Shown one piece after another: positions 1 through 9,546 of a stretch of DNA of 64,000 bases. Made by a program: the position numbers and the translations under genes. Location: positions 1 to 64,000 of the forward strand of contig JBCNVB010000002.1 in assembly GCA_039630415.1 (NCBI GenBank). Reading direction: 5' to 3'. The stretch's first letter is position 1; the number at the start of each line of letters is the position of its first letter. The stretch is from a bacterium (GTDB lineage: Bacteria; DRYD01). The notes under the pieces are model-generated. The model was not told the DNA's origin and did not search any database. It saw nothing but the letters and a program-made list of their open reading frames with translations.

Positions 1-15
1 ACATATTGTATTAAT

Positions 16-1545
16 GTGAATAAAAAACTTCCGATTGGTGTAAGTTCGTTTGAAAAAATCAGAACCGACAATTATTACTACGTTGATAAAACTCATTTTA
101 TTAGAAAACTAATAGATCAGGGTAGCTATTATTTTTTATCCCGCCCACGAAGGTTTGGAAAATCTTTATTTCTTGACACCATTAAATGTGCTTTTGAAGG
201 GAAAAAAGAGCTTTTTGAGAACCTTTTTTTAGAAAAAAATTGGGACTGGAGTGTATCCTTCCCCGTAATCAGAATTGACTTTTCCAAACGAGTATTCGAT
301 TCCAATGATCTTATCAACAAAATTCTTCAAAATCTAGATTTCTATTTTCAACTATTCCAGCTACCGAAACCAAGTCATTACAATGACTACCAGTTTGCTT
401 TTGAACAACTTATCATTCAAATCTACAATAAATACTCTAAGCAAGTAGTTTTGTTGGTTGATGAGTATGATAAACCGATACTAGATAACATAGAAAATCC
501 TCAAATAGCTTTGCATATTAGAGAAACCCTTAAAGCCTTCTATCAAACAATTAAACCACTTGATAAATATCTAAAATTTGTTTTCATAACAGGAATCTCA
601 AAATTTGCAAAAGTTTCCCTATTTAGTGGGCTTAATCAGTTAAGAGATATCACTTTATCCAAGGAATACTCAACGATATGTGGATATACCCATTATGAAC
701 TTCTTTCTACTTTTGGAGATCTTTTAAACTCCCAAGAAGAGATCCAAAAAATACAGGAGTGGTATAACGGGTATAGTTGGTGTGGTGAGTTAGTTTACAA
801 CCCGTTTGATATTCTTCTCTATTTGCAAGAGCGTCAATTCTTACCCTATTGGTTTGAAACTGGAACTCCCTCTTTTCTCATGAAAGTCCTTCAACAAAAA
901 CAGTTCTATATCCCGCAGTTAGAAAAAACATTTTCTTCTGATAAACTACTCGAATCTTTTGATATTGAATTTATTGAACCTGAAGCTCTGCTTTTCCAAA
1001 CAGGTTACCTGACGATTAAAGATCAGTTTGTAAAAAACAATCGAATCAGATATGTTCTATCATATCCCAATTTAGAAGTCAAAATTTCTCTAAATGAAAC
1101 TTTATCTTCTCTTTTTGCGGGTTCCACGTCAGCAAAAGAGAAGATTTCCATACAACTTGAGGCTATTTTTGATAATGGTGATTTAGATTTTCTTCCTGGT
1201 TTTCTCAACAATTTATTTGCACAAATTCCTTTTCAGTGGTATACAAGAACTTATCAATATGAAGCTTTTTACTGCACTGTGTTTTATGTTTTTTTGGTAG
1301 CCACTGGAATAAATGTGATTGCTGAAGATACATCTTCTACGGGCAATATTGATTTAACTGTTTTATATCGAAACACTGCGTATATATTTGAGTTCAAAGT
1401 AGATAAAGGGCAGCCGATTGAACAGATCTTAACTAAGCAGTATTATAGTAAATACCTACACTATGAGAAAATTTTTGCAATTGGAATAGTGGTTGATTCT
1501 TCTTCCAAGTCTATAAAGCAATTCCAAATTCAAAAAATAAAGTAA
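16..1545 (+). CDS. AAA-ATPase-like + C-terminal PD-(D/E)xK nuclease domain protein (DUF1703-type)
   Basis: KLPIG..SFEKIR...YYVDKT start, Walker A RPRRFGKS, Walker B [27 protein letters not shown], C-terminal IDL....TAYIFEFK and QI..KQY. Confidence 0.9.
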   Translation: [509 protein letters not shown]

Positions 1546-1705
1546 TTCAAGAAGCTCAAATAATTGGATACTTTTTGTGCAATCTTTCTTTAGCACTAGA
1601 ATACTTATTTAAATTCCTCTTTGGCACATTTAAACCCGTGAATAGTTGCTTGCATATCAGTATTTTAAGATATGTATTTCTACAAATTTTGCCTCAAATC
1701 TCCCA

Positions 1706-1771
1706 TTTGAAAAACCTTCCGTTTGAAAAACCTTCCGTTTGGAAAATTTTTTCGTTGGAAAAATTTTTTCG
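1706..1771. repeat. Four degenerate 16-17 bp tandem repeats
   Basis: TTTGAAAAACCTTCCG twice (1706-1721, 1722-1737), then TTTGGAAAATTTTTTCG and TTGGAAAAATTTTTTCG. Confidence 0.8.
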
Positions 1772-1800
1772 AAGGAGTAAAAATTATGTAAACCTAATAT

Positions 1801-3318
1801 ATGTTTGTGAGTAAAAAACTACCAATAGGTATCAGTTCATTTGAAGAAATAAGAAGGGGAAATTATTACTATGTGGACAAGACGCATTTCATTAAGAGGT
1901 TGATAGATTAAGGTAAGTACTATTTTCTATCTCGCCCTCGCAGATTTGGAAAATCTCTATTTTTAGATACTATCAAATGTGCTTTCGAAGGGAGAAAAGA
2001 ACTGTTCAAAGGTCTATTTTTGGAACATAACTGGAATTGGGAAGATAACTATCCTACCCTACGTTTTTCATTTGATACTACGTTCAAAGATGCTAATGAC
2101 CTGGAAGACTTCATAAAATGTCTTCAACAACACTGGGCTAATCACTACAACATTGAACTTAACTCCAACAATCTGGGTTTCCGTAATTTTCAACTGATTG
2201 AAAATATATACAAAAAAACCAACAAACAAGTTGTTGTTTTAGTAGACGAGTATGACAAGCCAATTCTAGACCAAATAGAAAACTCTCAAACTGCGAAGGA
2301 GATCAGAGAAATTCTAAAAGGATTTTATCAAACTCTAAAACCTCTCGATAAGTACCTTAAGTTTGTATTTATTACTGGCATCTCTAAATTTGCAAAGGTG
2401 TCACTCTTTAGCGGACTTAATCAACTAAATGATATTTCTGTTGACAAAGAATACTCCACTATTTGTGGATACACTGAAGGTGAGTTGATAACCACCTTTG
2501 GTCACTTGATAGACAATAACGAACTAGAGTCGATAAAACAGTGGTACAACGGATATAGCTGGCTGGGTGAAAATGTGTATAACCCTTTCGACGTGTTACT
2601 TTATTTACAAAAAAGAGATTTTAGAAGCTACTGGTTCGAAACCGGTACTCCCTCCTTTCTCATCAAAATCCTTCAACAAACACACTTCTACATACCACAA
2701 CTTGAAAAGACTTACTCAACTGAACAACTTCTTTCCCTTTTCGATATAGAAACCATCTTACCCGAAGCCCTACTTTTCCAAGCTGGATATCTTACCATCA
2801 AACAAGTAATAAAGCAGGACGATATGACTGATTTTGAATTATCTTACCCAAATAAAGAGGTAAGAATAGCACTTAACTCTCTTATCGCAAACCATTTCTA
2901 TTCTCAATCTCACCTACTCATAAAAAAGCTCAGAGACATTATCTATAGCTCAAAGTTACAGGATCTACCTGACTTTCTAAATACCCTATTTGCACAGGTG
3001 CCTTTTCAATGGTACACTCATACATCAAAGTATGAAGCTTTCTATTGTACTGTGTTTTATGTTTTTGTAGTATCTACTGGGCTTAACGTTATTGCTGAAG
3101 ATACATCTTCTACTGGTAGTATTGATTTGACAATACTTCATAAAAATACAGCTTACATATTCGAATTCAAGGTTGACAAAAGAGAACCTATTGAACAAAT
3201 TCTATCTAAACTTTATTTCAATAAATATTCTCATTATGAAAAATTTTATGCCATTGGCATAGTAGTTGACTCCAGCTCCAAAAATGTAAAGTCCTTTCAG
3301 ATTAAGCAGATAAAATAA
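1801..3318 (+). pseudogene. Second AAA-ATPase/PD-(D/E)xK paralog interrupted by an in-frame TAA at 1909-1911
   Basis: Frame from 1801 reads [51 protein letters not shown] and continues into ORF 2020..3318. The paralog has Gln (CAG) at the stop position. Confidence 0.85.
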
Positions 3319-3347
3319 AAACTCCTTGGCACACAGGCGTAATTTAA

Positions 3348-3447
3348 ATCCTCTAAGACAGTATTACAACGAATTTCTTGAACTATGAAAAGGTATCCTA
3401 TTGGAATAGTTATAGATTATCTATCCAAAAGTGTAAAGTCTTTTAAG
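3348..3447 (+). pseudogene. Frameshifted C-terminal remnant of a third AAA/PD-(D/E)xK copy
   Basis: Fragments QYYNEFL / NYEKV / IGIVIDYLSKSVKSFK match the paralog ends [30 protein letters not shown] and [22 protein letters not shown]. Confidence 0.7.
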
Positions 3448-3512
3448 GACTGTATTATATTTTTAAGGTTTTATTTATCGTGGGCATTCTTTTTGTTTTT
3501 GTAGAACATTTT

Positions 3513-3893
3513 TTATATTTGGTTCATGCTGCAGTTATTATTTATTGGGCTTGATGAGGAGTAGGTTTTGTTGAATATTATTGCTCCGTCACTAGCATAT
3601 CTTATATCGCAATCAAAAGTTATAGTAATATTTTTGCTTGAACCTTTTTGTTCTACTTTTGCTTTTGTTATGACTCCACCGATGACAACATGTGCGTTAT
3701 GGTTTTGAGCATTAGTTACAGCTTCAGGAAGGTTATCATACGTTAACTGATTATCGAATATAAACGTGTAGTTAGGGCATTTTTGGGTTAGTTGATTGTA
3801 GAGATATTTTGCAAGATATTTCCCTCCATTTTTGGTTGCTGCATTACTAATTGATCACTTCCTGAATGTTAACTATGGTGTGGGATTTGACAT
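3513..3893 (-). pseudogene. Decayed gene, not in the ORF track; possible CsgG/LpoB-like envelope protein domain
   Basis: MSNPTP*LTFRK* followed by about 113 stop-free codons SISNAATKNGGKYLAKYLYNQL...HVVIGGVITKAKV...ITITFDCDIRYASDGAIIFNKTY. Confidence 0.55.
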
Positions 3894-3954
3894 TTTGGGG
3901 TTTATTTCTTTAGTAAGAGGATTGTATGGGTGTAGTATAGAATAGTAAAAGTAA

Positions 3955-4029
3955 GCGCCCGTAGCTCAGTAGGATCAGAGCATGGGATTTCTAATCCCAG
4001 GGTCGCAGGTTCGAGTCCTGCCGGGCGCG
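3955..4029 (+). tRNA. tRNA-Arg (UCU)
   Basis: GCGCCCG/CGGGCGC acceptor stem, anticodon arm TGGGA-TTTCTAA-TCCCA, GGTTCGAGTCC T-arm; CCA not encoded. Confidence 0.97.
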
Positions 4030-4030
4030 A

Positions 4031-4230
4031 ACTAATCAAATTCCCATCTTGTAAAAAAGTATTCGTTTGCTTGCCCAGATCAGACGATGGTAATCTTGAG
4101 TGATATACTGATCAAGCCATTCAGGTATTTTGTACCTATTGTATGATTTAATATCTTTTTAGGTTTAGGTTAGTTTATAAAGGGTTTGTGATGCATTGGT
4201 TGAATTTAAACAAGATGGGAATGGTTTAGT
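4031..4230. repeat. 200-bp segment bounded by inverted repeats (13-bp perfect core, about 21 bp imperfect)
   Basis: ATTCCCATCTTGT 4040-4052 is the exact reverse complement of ACAAGATGGGAAT 4210-4222; outer ACTAA (4031-4035) and TTAGT (4226-4230) also pair. Confidence 0.75.
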
Positions 4231-4911
4231 ATGAGTAAGATAGATTTTCTTTGTATTGGTGCTCATCCAGATGACTGCGAAATAGCTATGGGTGGGACCA
4301 TAGCTAAAATGGTAAGCCAAGGATACAAAGTAATGATTCTGGATCTTACGAATGGTGAGCCAACTCCAAAGGGAACTCCTGAAAAAAGAATAAAAGAAGC
4401 AAAAAAGGCTGCTGAAATACTCGGAGTAAATAGAATTACTCTTGACCTAAAAAATAGATTCCTATCTGACGGCATAGAAGCGAGATTTAAAGTGGCTAAT
4501 GTTATAAGAAAGTACAAGCCTGAAATTATCTTTTGTCATTTGGAGCTGGATGCTCATCCAGACCATGTTCAAGCTTTTAACATCTCCTATGCTTCCAGAT
4601 TCTACTCAAAACTGACTAAGATACCCCTGGAAGGAGAAAGTTGGTATCCCCAAAGAATATTTAGATTTTTCTCCAATCACCTTAGAATTAACTTAACACC
4701 TTCTTTTGTGGTTGATATTAGCCAATACATAGATAAAAAAATAGAGGCATGTAAAGCTTATGAGAGTCAGTTTTCCTCGTGGGATGTGGAGGAATACATT
4801 AAGGGGTTTGCTAGATATTGGGGATTACTAATTAGATCTAAGTATGCTGAGCCTTTTTACAGCCATGAAATTATATCAGTAGATCCCTCAGTTTTTTTAG
4901 CCAGCACTTAA
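4231..4911 (+). CDS. bshB1: PIG-L/LmbE family deacetylase, BshB1-like
   Basis: GAHPDDCE, DLTNGE, HPDH, AYESQF, YAEPF motifs. Confidence 0.8.
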   Translation: MSKIDFLCIGAHPDDCEIAMGGTIAKMVSQGYKVMILDLTNGEPTPKGTPEKRIKEAKKAAEILGVNRITLDLKNRFLSDGIEARFKVANVIRKYKPEIIFCHLELDAHPDHVQAFNISYASRFYSKLTKIPLEGESWYPQRIFRFFSNHLRINLTPSFVVDISQYIDKKIEACKAYESQFSSWDVEEYIKGFARYWGLLIRSKYAEPFYSHEIISVDPSVFLAST

Positions 4912-5033
4912 AAAATCTACAGTTACCTGACAGAACTTAGTTAAATTTTTTTTTACACTTTTTTAATCATTTTTTAAAAAAAAGAACTCAAGGTAATAGC
5001 AGAACTAAAATTATGCAAGTAGGGTGATAAGAT

Positions 5034-5645
5034 ATGGATGTTTTTAGAAGAATGGATGAACTGCTCAATAATAAAATAGAATCAAAATTAAATAGAATTT
5101 CCAGTATCTTTGATAATGTAGGAGCAACTAATTTGCCAAGTCAGAGTAAGGAAACACAAACCCAAAACTTTGAACAATTATTTGACAAATTGTTCAAAAA
5201 TGAGACAAATAATCAAGTTGGAAGCATTAATTATCAGGATGTAGATAGTCAAATAGGGGCTGCTGTAAAAGAAGCTGCGGCAAAATATAACGTAGATGAA
5301 GCTCTAATATTGGCAATAATAAAGCAAGAAAGCGGTTTCAATCCAAGAGCTGTATCTCCTGTAGGAGCTCAAGGACTAATGCAACTAATGCCTGAAACGG
5401 CCAAATATCTAGGAGTAAAGGATCCCTTTGATATCAGAGAAAATATAATGGGTGGAACTAAGTACATAAGGCAAATGTTGGATATGTTTAATGGTGATCT
5501 GAAGTTAGCACTCGCTGCATACAATGCAGGCCCTGGTAACGTACAAAAATATGGCGGTATACCTCCATTTGCTGAAACTCAAAACTACGTCTCAAAGGTT
5601 ATGAATTACTACATAGCTTTCAAGAATGGACAGAAAATAGCATAG
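5034..5645 (+). CDS. Lytic transglycosylase (SLT domain)
   Basis: [42 protein letters not shown]. Confidence 0.93.
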   Translation: MDVFRRMDELLNNKIESKLNRISSIFDNVGATNLPSQSKETQTQNFEQLFDKLFKNETNNQVGSINYQDVDSQIGAAVKEAAAKYNVDEALILAIIKQESGFNPRAVSPVGAQGLMQLMPETAKYLGVKDPFDIRENIMGGTKYIRQMLDMFNGDLKLALAAYNAGPGNVQKYGGIPPFAETQNYVSKVMNYYIAFKNGQKIA

Positions 5646-5657
5646 GGAGGAAAGTTT

Positions 5658-6425
5658 ATGGATATCAAAAATAAAATGCAAATTAAATCACTACAAGAAA
5701 AGAATCTAGACAAAAAGGAAAACCAAAAAATACCCTCCTCCGACGAATTCCAAAAGGAAATAGACAAAAAAATAAACAAGGATAACAAAGATAAAAAACA
5801 AACCAACAACAAAGAAGAAAAGCTAGAAAAAAGTTCTGAAGAAAAACAAAAAACAGATACAAAAGATCTAACAACACTCAAACTATTCGTTCTACCATAT
5901 ATGAATAAAGATATCGTAAGTGTAAACCTAAAAGATTTTGTAGAAAAAGACCCTAAAAACATTAAAACCAATCTTACCAATCTAGAACAACAAGAAAAAC
6001 TAAATCTGAAAACTCAGATTAATCAAAGCATAAATACAAAGGAAGAAAAAGACAAAAAGAGTGCAACTTACAACATAGAATTCAATCCATTTTCAAGTTT
6101 TGACAAACTAAATAACTCTCTGAAGGAAATAACTAAAACTGAAAAGGTAAAAGAAAGCTCAATAATAAAAGAACTCATAAGCAATCTAGATGTACAAAAA
6201 CTCAAAGAGGGAAGAATGGTAGAAATAAAATTTGACAAAGAAAATGTAGGAGCCTTGTCTGTTCAAATAGTTACGAAAGATAACAAAGTTAGCGTAATGT
6301 TCAAAACTAGTTCAAAGTTTATATATGACCAACTCAAGAGTAACAAAGAACTTTTGAAAGAAATGCTAGAGAGTAGGAACCTTAAATCAGACGAAATAAT
6401 AATAGATTACGAGGAGGTGATATAA
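5658..6425 (+). CDS. FliK-like flagellar hook-length control protein
   Basis: Charged low-complexity N-terminus; C-terminal EIKFDKENVGALSVQI...VSVMF...QLKSNKELLKEML resembles FliK_C; precedes hook/rod genes. Confidence 0.6.
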   Translation: MDIKNKMQIKSLQEKNLDKKENQKIPSSDEFQKEIDKKINKDNKDKKQTNNKEEKLEKSSEEKQKTDTKDLTTLKLFVLPYMNKDIVSVNLKDFVEKDPKNIKTNLTNLEQQEKLNLKTQINQSINTKEEKDKKSATYNIEFNPFSSFDKLNNSLKEITKTEKVKESSIIKELISNLDVQKLKEGRMVEIKFDKENVGALSVQIVTKDNKVSVMFKTSSKFIYDQLKSNKELLKEMLESRNLKSDEIIIDYEEVI

Positions 6426-7241
6426 ATGTTTGACTTTTACAGTCAAATGAACGCAATAAACTCTACCTATGAAATGATAAATAATCAATTCAAAAATCTG
6501 CAAAAATTCAACACTGTAGGATATAAAGCTGAGATAAAAACATTCAGCGAAATATACAACGAAAATATGGGTACTGGTGCTGTAAAAACTGAAAGTAAAA
6601 CACTATTTACACAAGGTAATGTAAGAAAAACTGGTGGTAAAAATCATATGGCTGTAGAGGGTAATGGATTATTTATAGTAAGCGATGGAGAAAAAACTTA
6701 CTACACCAGAAGGGGTGACTTCGAAGTAAAAGATGGTAAACTAGTATGCCCAGAAGGTAACTTGGTTGTAAAGGCTTTTGCTGTAGATCAGTCAGGTAAA
6801 GCAATTACCGGAAAATTAGTGGACGTAAAGTTAGACATAGATAAAAATGGATTGATACTCGGTAAATACAATGACTATGTTATAGAGGATAACGGTGTAA
6901 TAAGCGGTATAATGAGATATACCGATCCCGTAACGGGTCAAACAATAACAAAGAAAGAACCAATCTACAAAATAGCATTGGCTAACTTTTCTGATCCCGG
7001 AACTTTGATAAGAAAGTCAGATACTGTATTTGCCGCTGATGAAAACCAAAAACCAACTATCGGAGAAGCAGGAACAGGTGCATTTGGTAACATAAAATCT
7101 CAACACTTAGAAATGTCAAATATAGACATACCAACACAAGTACAACAAGCTATGCTTGCACAAATGCAATACAATGCTACCATGTCATCCTTTAGAGCAC
7201 TAAACGACATGGTAAAAAATGCTTCACAACTCGTTAAATAA
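6426..7241 (+). CDS. Flagellar hook/basal-body rod family protein (FlgE/F/G-like, divergent)
   Basis: NTVGYK, FTQG, MAVEGNGLFIV, YYTRRGDF, IALANF, LEMSNID. Confidence 0.85.
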   Translation: MFDFYSQMNAINSTYEMINNQFKNLQKFNTVGYKAEIKTFSEIYNENMGTGAVKTESKTLFTQGNVRKTGGKNHMAVEGNGLFIVSDGEKTYYTRRGDFEVKDGKLVCPEGNLVVKAFAVDQSGKAITGKLVDVKLDIDKNGLILGKYNDYVIEDNGVISGIMRYTDPVTGQTITKKEPIYKIALANFSDPGTLIRKSDTVFAADENQKPTIGEAGTGAFGNIKSQHLEMSNIDIPTQVQQAMLAQMQYNATMSSFRALNDMVKNASQLVK

Positions 7242-7266
7242 TAGAAATTAATAAGGGGTGATAGGT

Positions 7267-8001
7267 ATGTTTAGTTCATTTTACACTGCAGCTAGTGGTA
7301 TGGATGCTCAACTTAAAAAGGTCGAAATCTTATCCCAAAACTTAGCAAACGCTAACAGTGTATCATATAAGCAACAAAGAATAGACTTCCAGGAACTGAT
7401 GTATCAAAAAGTCGATCAAATGAACATGGGTACAGGTGTAAAAATAGGACAAGTAGAAAGAGTATTTAAGACAGGAGCTATGGAAAGAACTAATAGTCCT
7501 CTAGATGTAGCTATCCAAGGAAGAGGATTTTTCAAGGTTGAAACACCGGAAGGGAAAATAGTGTATACAAGAGACGGTAGATTCGCGATTGAAAACAATG
7601 AACTTGTTATAAAAGATGTAGGAAAAACGGGTATAAAAGTACCACAAGATGTAACCGGAGTAACCGTAGAAGAAGACGGAACAGTAGTAGGATACAGAGG
7701 AAAAGATAAAGTAGAAATAGGAAAGATAAAGATATATGATTTCGTAAACCCCAATGGACTGAAGGGAGTAGGTAAAAACGCATTTGAATGGACCGAACAA
7801 GCAGGAAAAATGATAGAAATAGAACCTGGAAAAGGAGATAATCCTAAGCTAGCTGCAGGATTTATTGAAAAAAGTAACGTAAATGTCATAACCCAAATGA
7901 TGGATATAGTCGCTTCACAAAGAAACTACGAATTGGTATCTAAATCAGTAGAATCGGCAGATCAAATGGCAAGAATGGCAAGTCAAATGAAAAAACAATA
8001 A
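7267..8001 (+). CDS. flgG: Flagellar basal-body rod protein FlgG-like (alternative GTG start 7258)
   Basis: YTAASGMDAQ, SQNLANAN, FQELMYQ, LDVAIQGRGFF, YTRDGRF, EKSNVN...QRNYE. Confidence 0.85.
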   Translation: MFSSFYTAASGMDAQLKKVEILSQNLANANSVSYKQQRIDFQELMYQKVDQMNMGTGVKIGQVERVFKTGAMERTNSPLDVAIQGRGFFKVETPEGKIVYTRDGRFAIENNELVIKDVGKTGIKVPQDVTGVTVEEDGTVVGYRGKDKVEIGKIKIYDFVNPNGLKGVGKNAFEWTEQAGKMIEIEPGKGDNPKLAAGFIEKSNVNVITQMMDIVASQRNYELVSKSVESADQMARMASQMKKQ

Positions 8002-8025
8002 ACCCTAACTAGAAGGTGAGAAATT

Positions 8026-8337
8026 ATGGAGATTTTCAATAACGTAGATTTGAGTAAAATAAAAAGTCCAACAGAACATGTAAACTACTTGCAAGCTAAA
8101 AAAGGAGCTCAAGAATTTGAAGCAGTCTTCATAAATATGATGTTCAAAGAAATGTTAAAAAGTTCTACCAAGAGTCCATTCACTCTTGATCAAGAATCAA
8201 GTGGAGTTAATAATACTCAAAAAGAAATGATGTACGACTTGCTATCTCAATCATTATCACAGCAGTGGGCACAAAATAACTCTATACTATCTCAGCAAAT
8301 ACTCGGACAACTAAGTAGTAACTATCTAGAAGAATAA
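8026..8337 (+). CDS. Stand-alone FlgJ-like rod-binding domain protein
   Basis: AQEFEAVFINMMFKEM motif; follows flgG; no muramidase domain. Confidence 0.75.
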   Translation: MEIFNNVDLSKIKSPTEHVNYLQAKKGAQEFEAVFINMMFKEMLKSSTKSPFTLDQESSGVNNTQKEMMYDLLSQSLSQQWAQNNSILSQQILGQLSSNYLEE

Positions 8338-8362
8338 GTCCTAAAAAGTCATATCAAAGTAA

Positions 8363-9109
8363 ATGATTGAACGATCCATCCTCTACTTTGGTTACTTAGG
8401 AATAATAACTTTTAATTCTCTGTATTCTATTATTCGTTTAAAGGCAAACATATCAGATTTACCATATCACATTATTCATTTAGGATACAACGCGGTATTT
8501 ATAGTGATATTGACGATAACATTCACTGGTATGGTGATTTCCCTTGAGCTGTCCAAAGAAGCAGTGAGGTTTGGAGTAGCTGACATGGTAGGAGGAGGAG
8601 TTGCAATAGCCATGGCAAGAGAATTTGGACCAATGCTAACAGCTATAGTTCTAATAGGAAGATCTGGCTCAGCTATCGCCGCAGAAATCGCCACTATGAA
8701 AATAACTGATCAAATAGATGCTCTACGAAGCATGGGAATTAACATATACGATTACATAGTTTCCCCAAGATTGATAGCCATGGTTTTAACTGAACCAATC
8801 ATAACAATCTTCTCAATTATCTCAGGTACTTTTGGAGGAGCACTAATAGCTAACCTATATGCTAACATAAGTTACAAAACATATACTGAATCGATCCAAA
8901 GGTTTTTTGAATACGGAGACTTAATTGGAGGACTTATAAAAAGCGTATTCTTTGCAGTAGTAATAGTAATCGTGTCTGTTGTAGAAGCCTTGAATTGCCC
9001 CAGAAATAGTGCAGGAGTAGGAATAGCTGTAACCAATGCTGTAATGAAGTCAATCATATTCATATTTATCCTTAACTTCTTCTTCTCCTACTTACTCTTC
9101 GCAAAATAA
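8363..9109 (+). CDS. mlaE: MlaE family ABC permease
   Basis: REFGPMLTA..LIGRSGSAIAAEIATMKITDQIDALRSMG, PRLIA, GVGIAVT. Confidence 0.92.
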   Translation: MIERSILYFGYLGIITFNSLYSIIRLKANISDLPYHIIHLGYNAVFIVILTITFTGMVISLELSKEAVRFGVADMVGGGVAIAMAREFGPMLTAIVLIGRSGSAIAAEIATMKITDQIDALRSMGINIYDYIVSPRLIAMVLTEPIITIFSIISGTFGGALIANLYANISYKTYTESIQRFFEYGDLIGGLIKSVFFAVVIVIVSVVEALNCPRNSAGVGIAVTNAVMKSIIFIFILNFFFSYLLFAK

Positions 9110-9171
9110 TTCATAACCGAATAAAGAGGATTTTGTTTGACCTAATTGAATTTTATTCTGAGGTGAAAGAT

Positions 9172-9519
9172 ATGAGAGTAATAAAATCGGTTAAAGCAAA
9201 TAACAAAATTCTCAGAGAAATACACAGCAAATATCTCCCATCAAATAAAGAAATAAACTTCAAAGTAGGTGACGTAGTAAAAGTACATCAGAAAATAGTC
9301 GAGGGAGAAAAAAGTAGAACTCAAATATTTGAAGGAACAGTGATAGAAATTCATGGTCCAAAAGAAAATATATTTTTCACCGTCAGAAAAGAGGTTCAAG
9401 GGGTAGGAGTAGAGAAAACCTTCAGACTAAATAGTCCATTTGTAGAAAAAGTAGAATTTGTAAGACATCCACTGAAAAAACCAAGAAGAAAGAAATTGTA
9501 TTATCTCAGACCAGAATAA
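9172..9519 (+). CDS. rplS: 50S ribosomal protein L19
   Basis: FKVGDVVKVH, EGEKSRTQIFEG, FTVRK, GVGVEKTF, KLYYLR; SD GAGGTG before ATG 9172. Confidence 0.95.
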   Translation: MRVIKSVKANNKILREIHSKYLPSNKEINFKVGDVVKVHQKIVEGEKSRTQIFEGTVIEIHGPKENIFFTVRKEVQGVGVEKTFRLNSPFVEKVEFVRHPLKKPRRKKLYYLRPE

Positions 9520-9546
9520 AATTAATCCTACAAATGGGAGGAACAA

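Noticed and set aside
1706..1771. Possible CRISPR array
   Set aside because: Units are 16-17 bp, directly adjacent with no spacers, and no cas genes are in the window
1575..1814. 79-aa ORF
   Set aside because: Runs through the tandem repeat and overlaps the true start of AAA copy 2; no RBS or motif
1909..1911. TAA reassigned to Gln (alternative genetic code)
   Set aside because: Many conserved genes here terminate normally at TAA (rplS, flgG, kamE); a single C-to-T change explains it
1621..3335. TTGGCAC after both AAA copies as sigma-54 promoters
   Set aside because: No TTGC -12 element at the required spacing; more likely duplicated 3' flank
3955..4029. Prophage or integrative element at tRNA-Arg (also tRNA-Leu, tRNA-Val)
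   Set aside because: No integrase seen and no duplicated tRNA 3' end noticed in the window
4036..4160. 40-codon minus-strand frame (KDIKSYNRYKIPEWLDQY...) inside the IR segment
   Set aside because: No upstream start codon or RBS, and too short to assign
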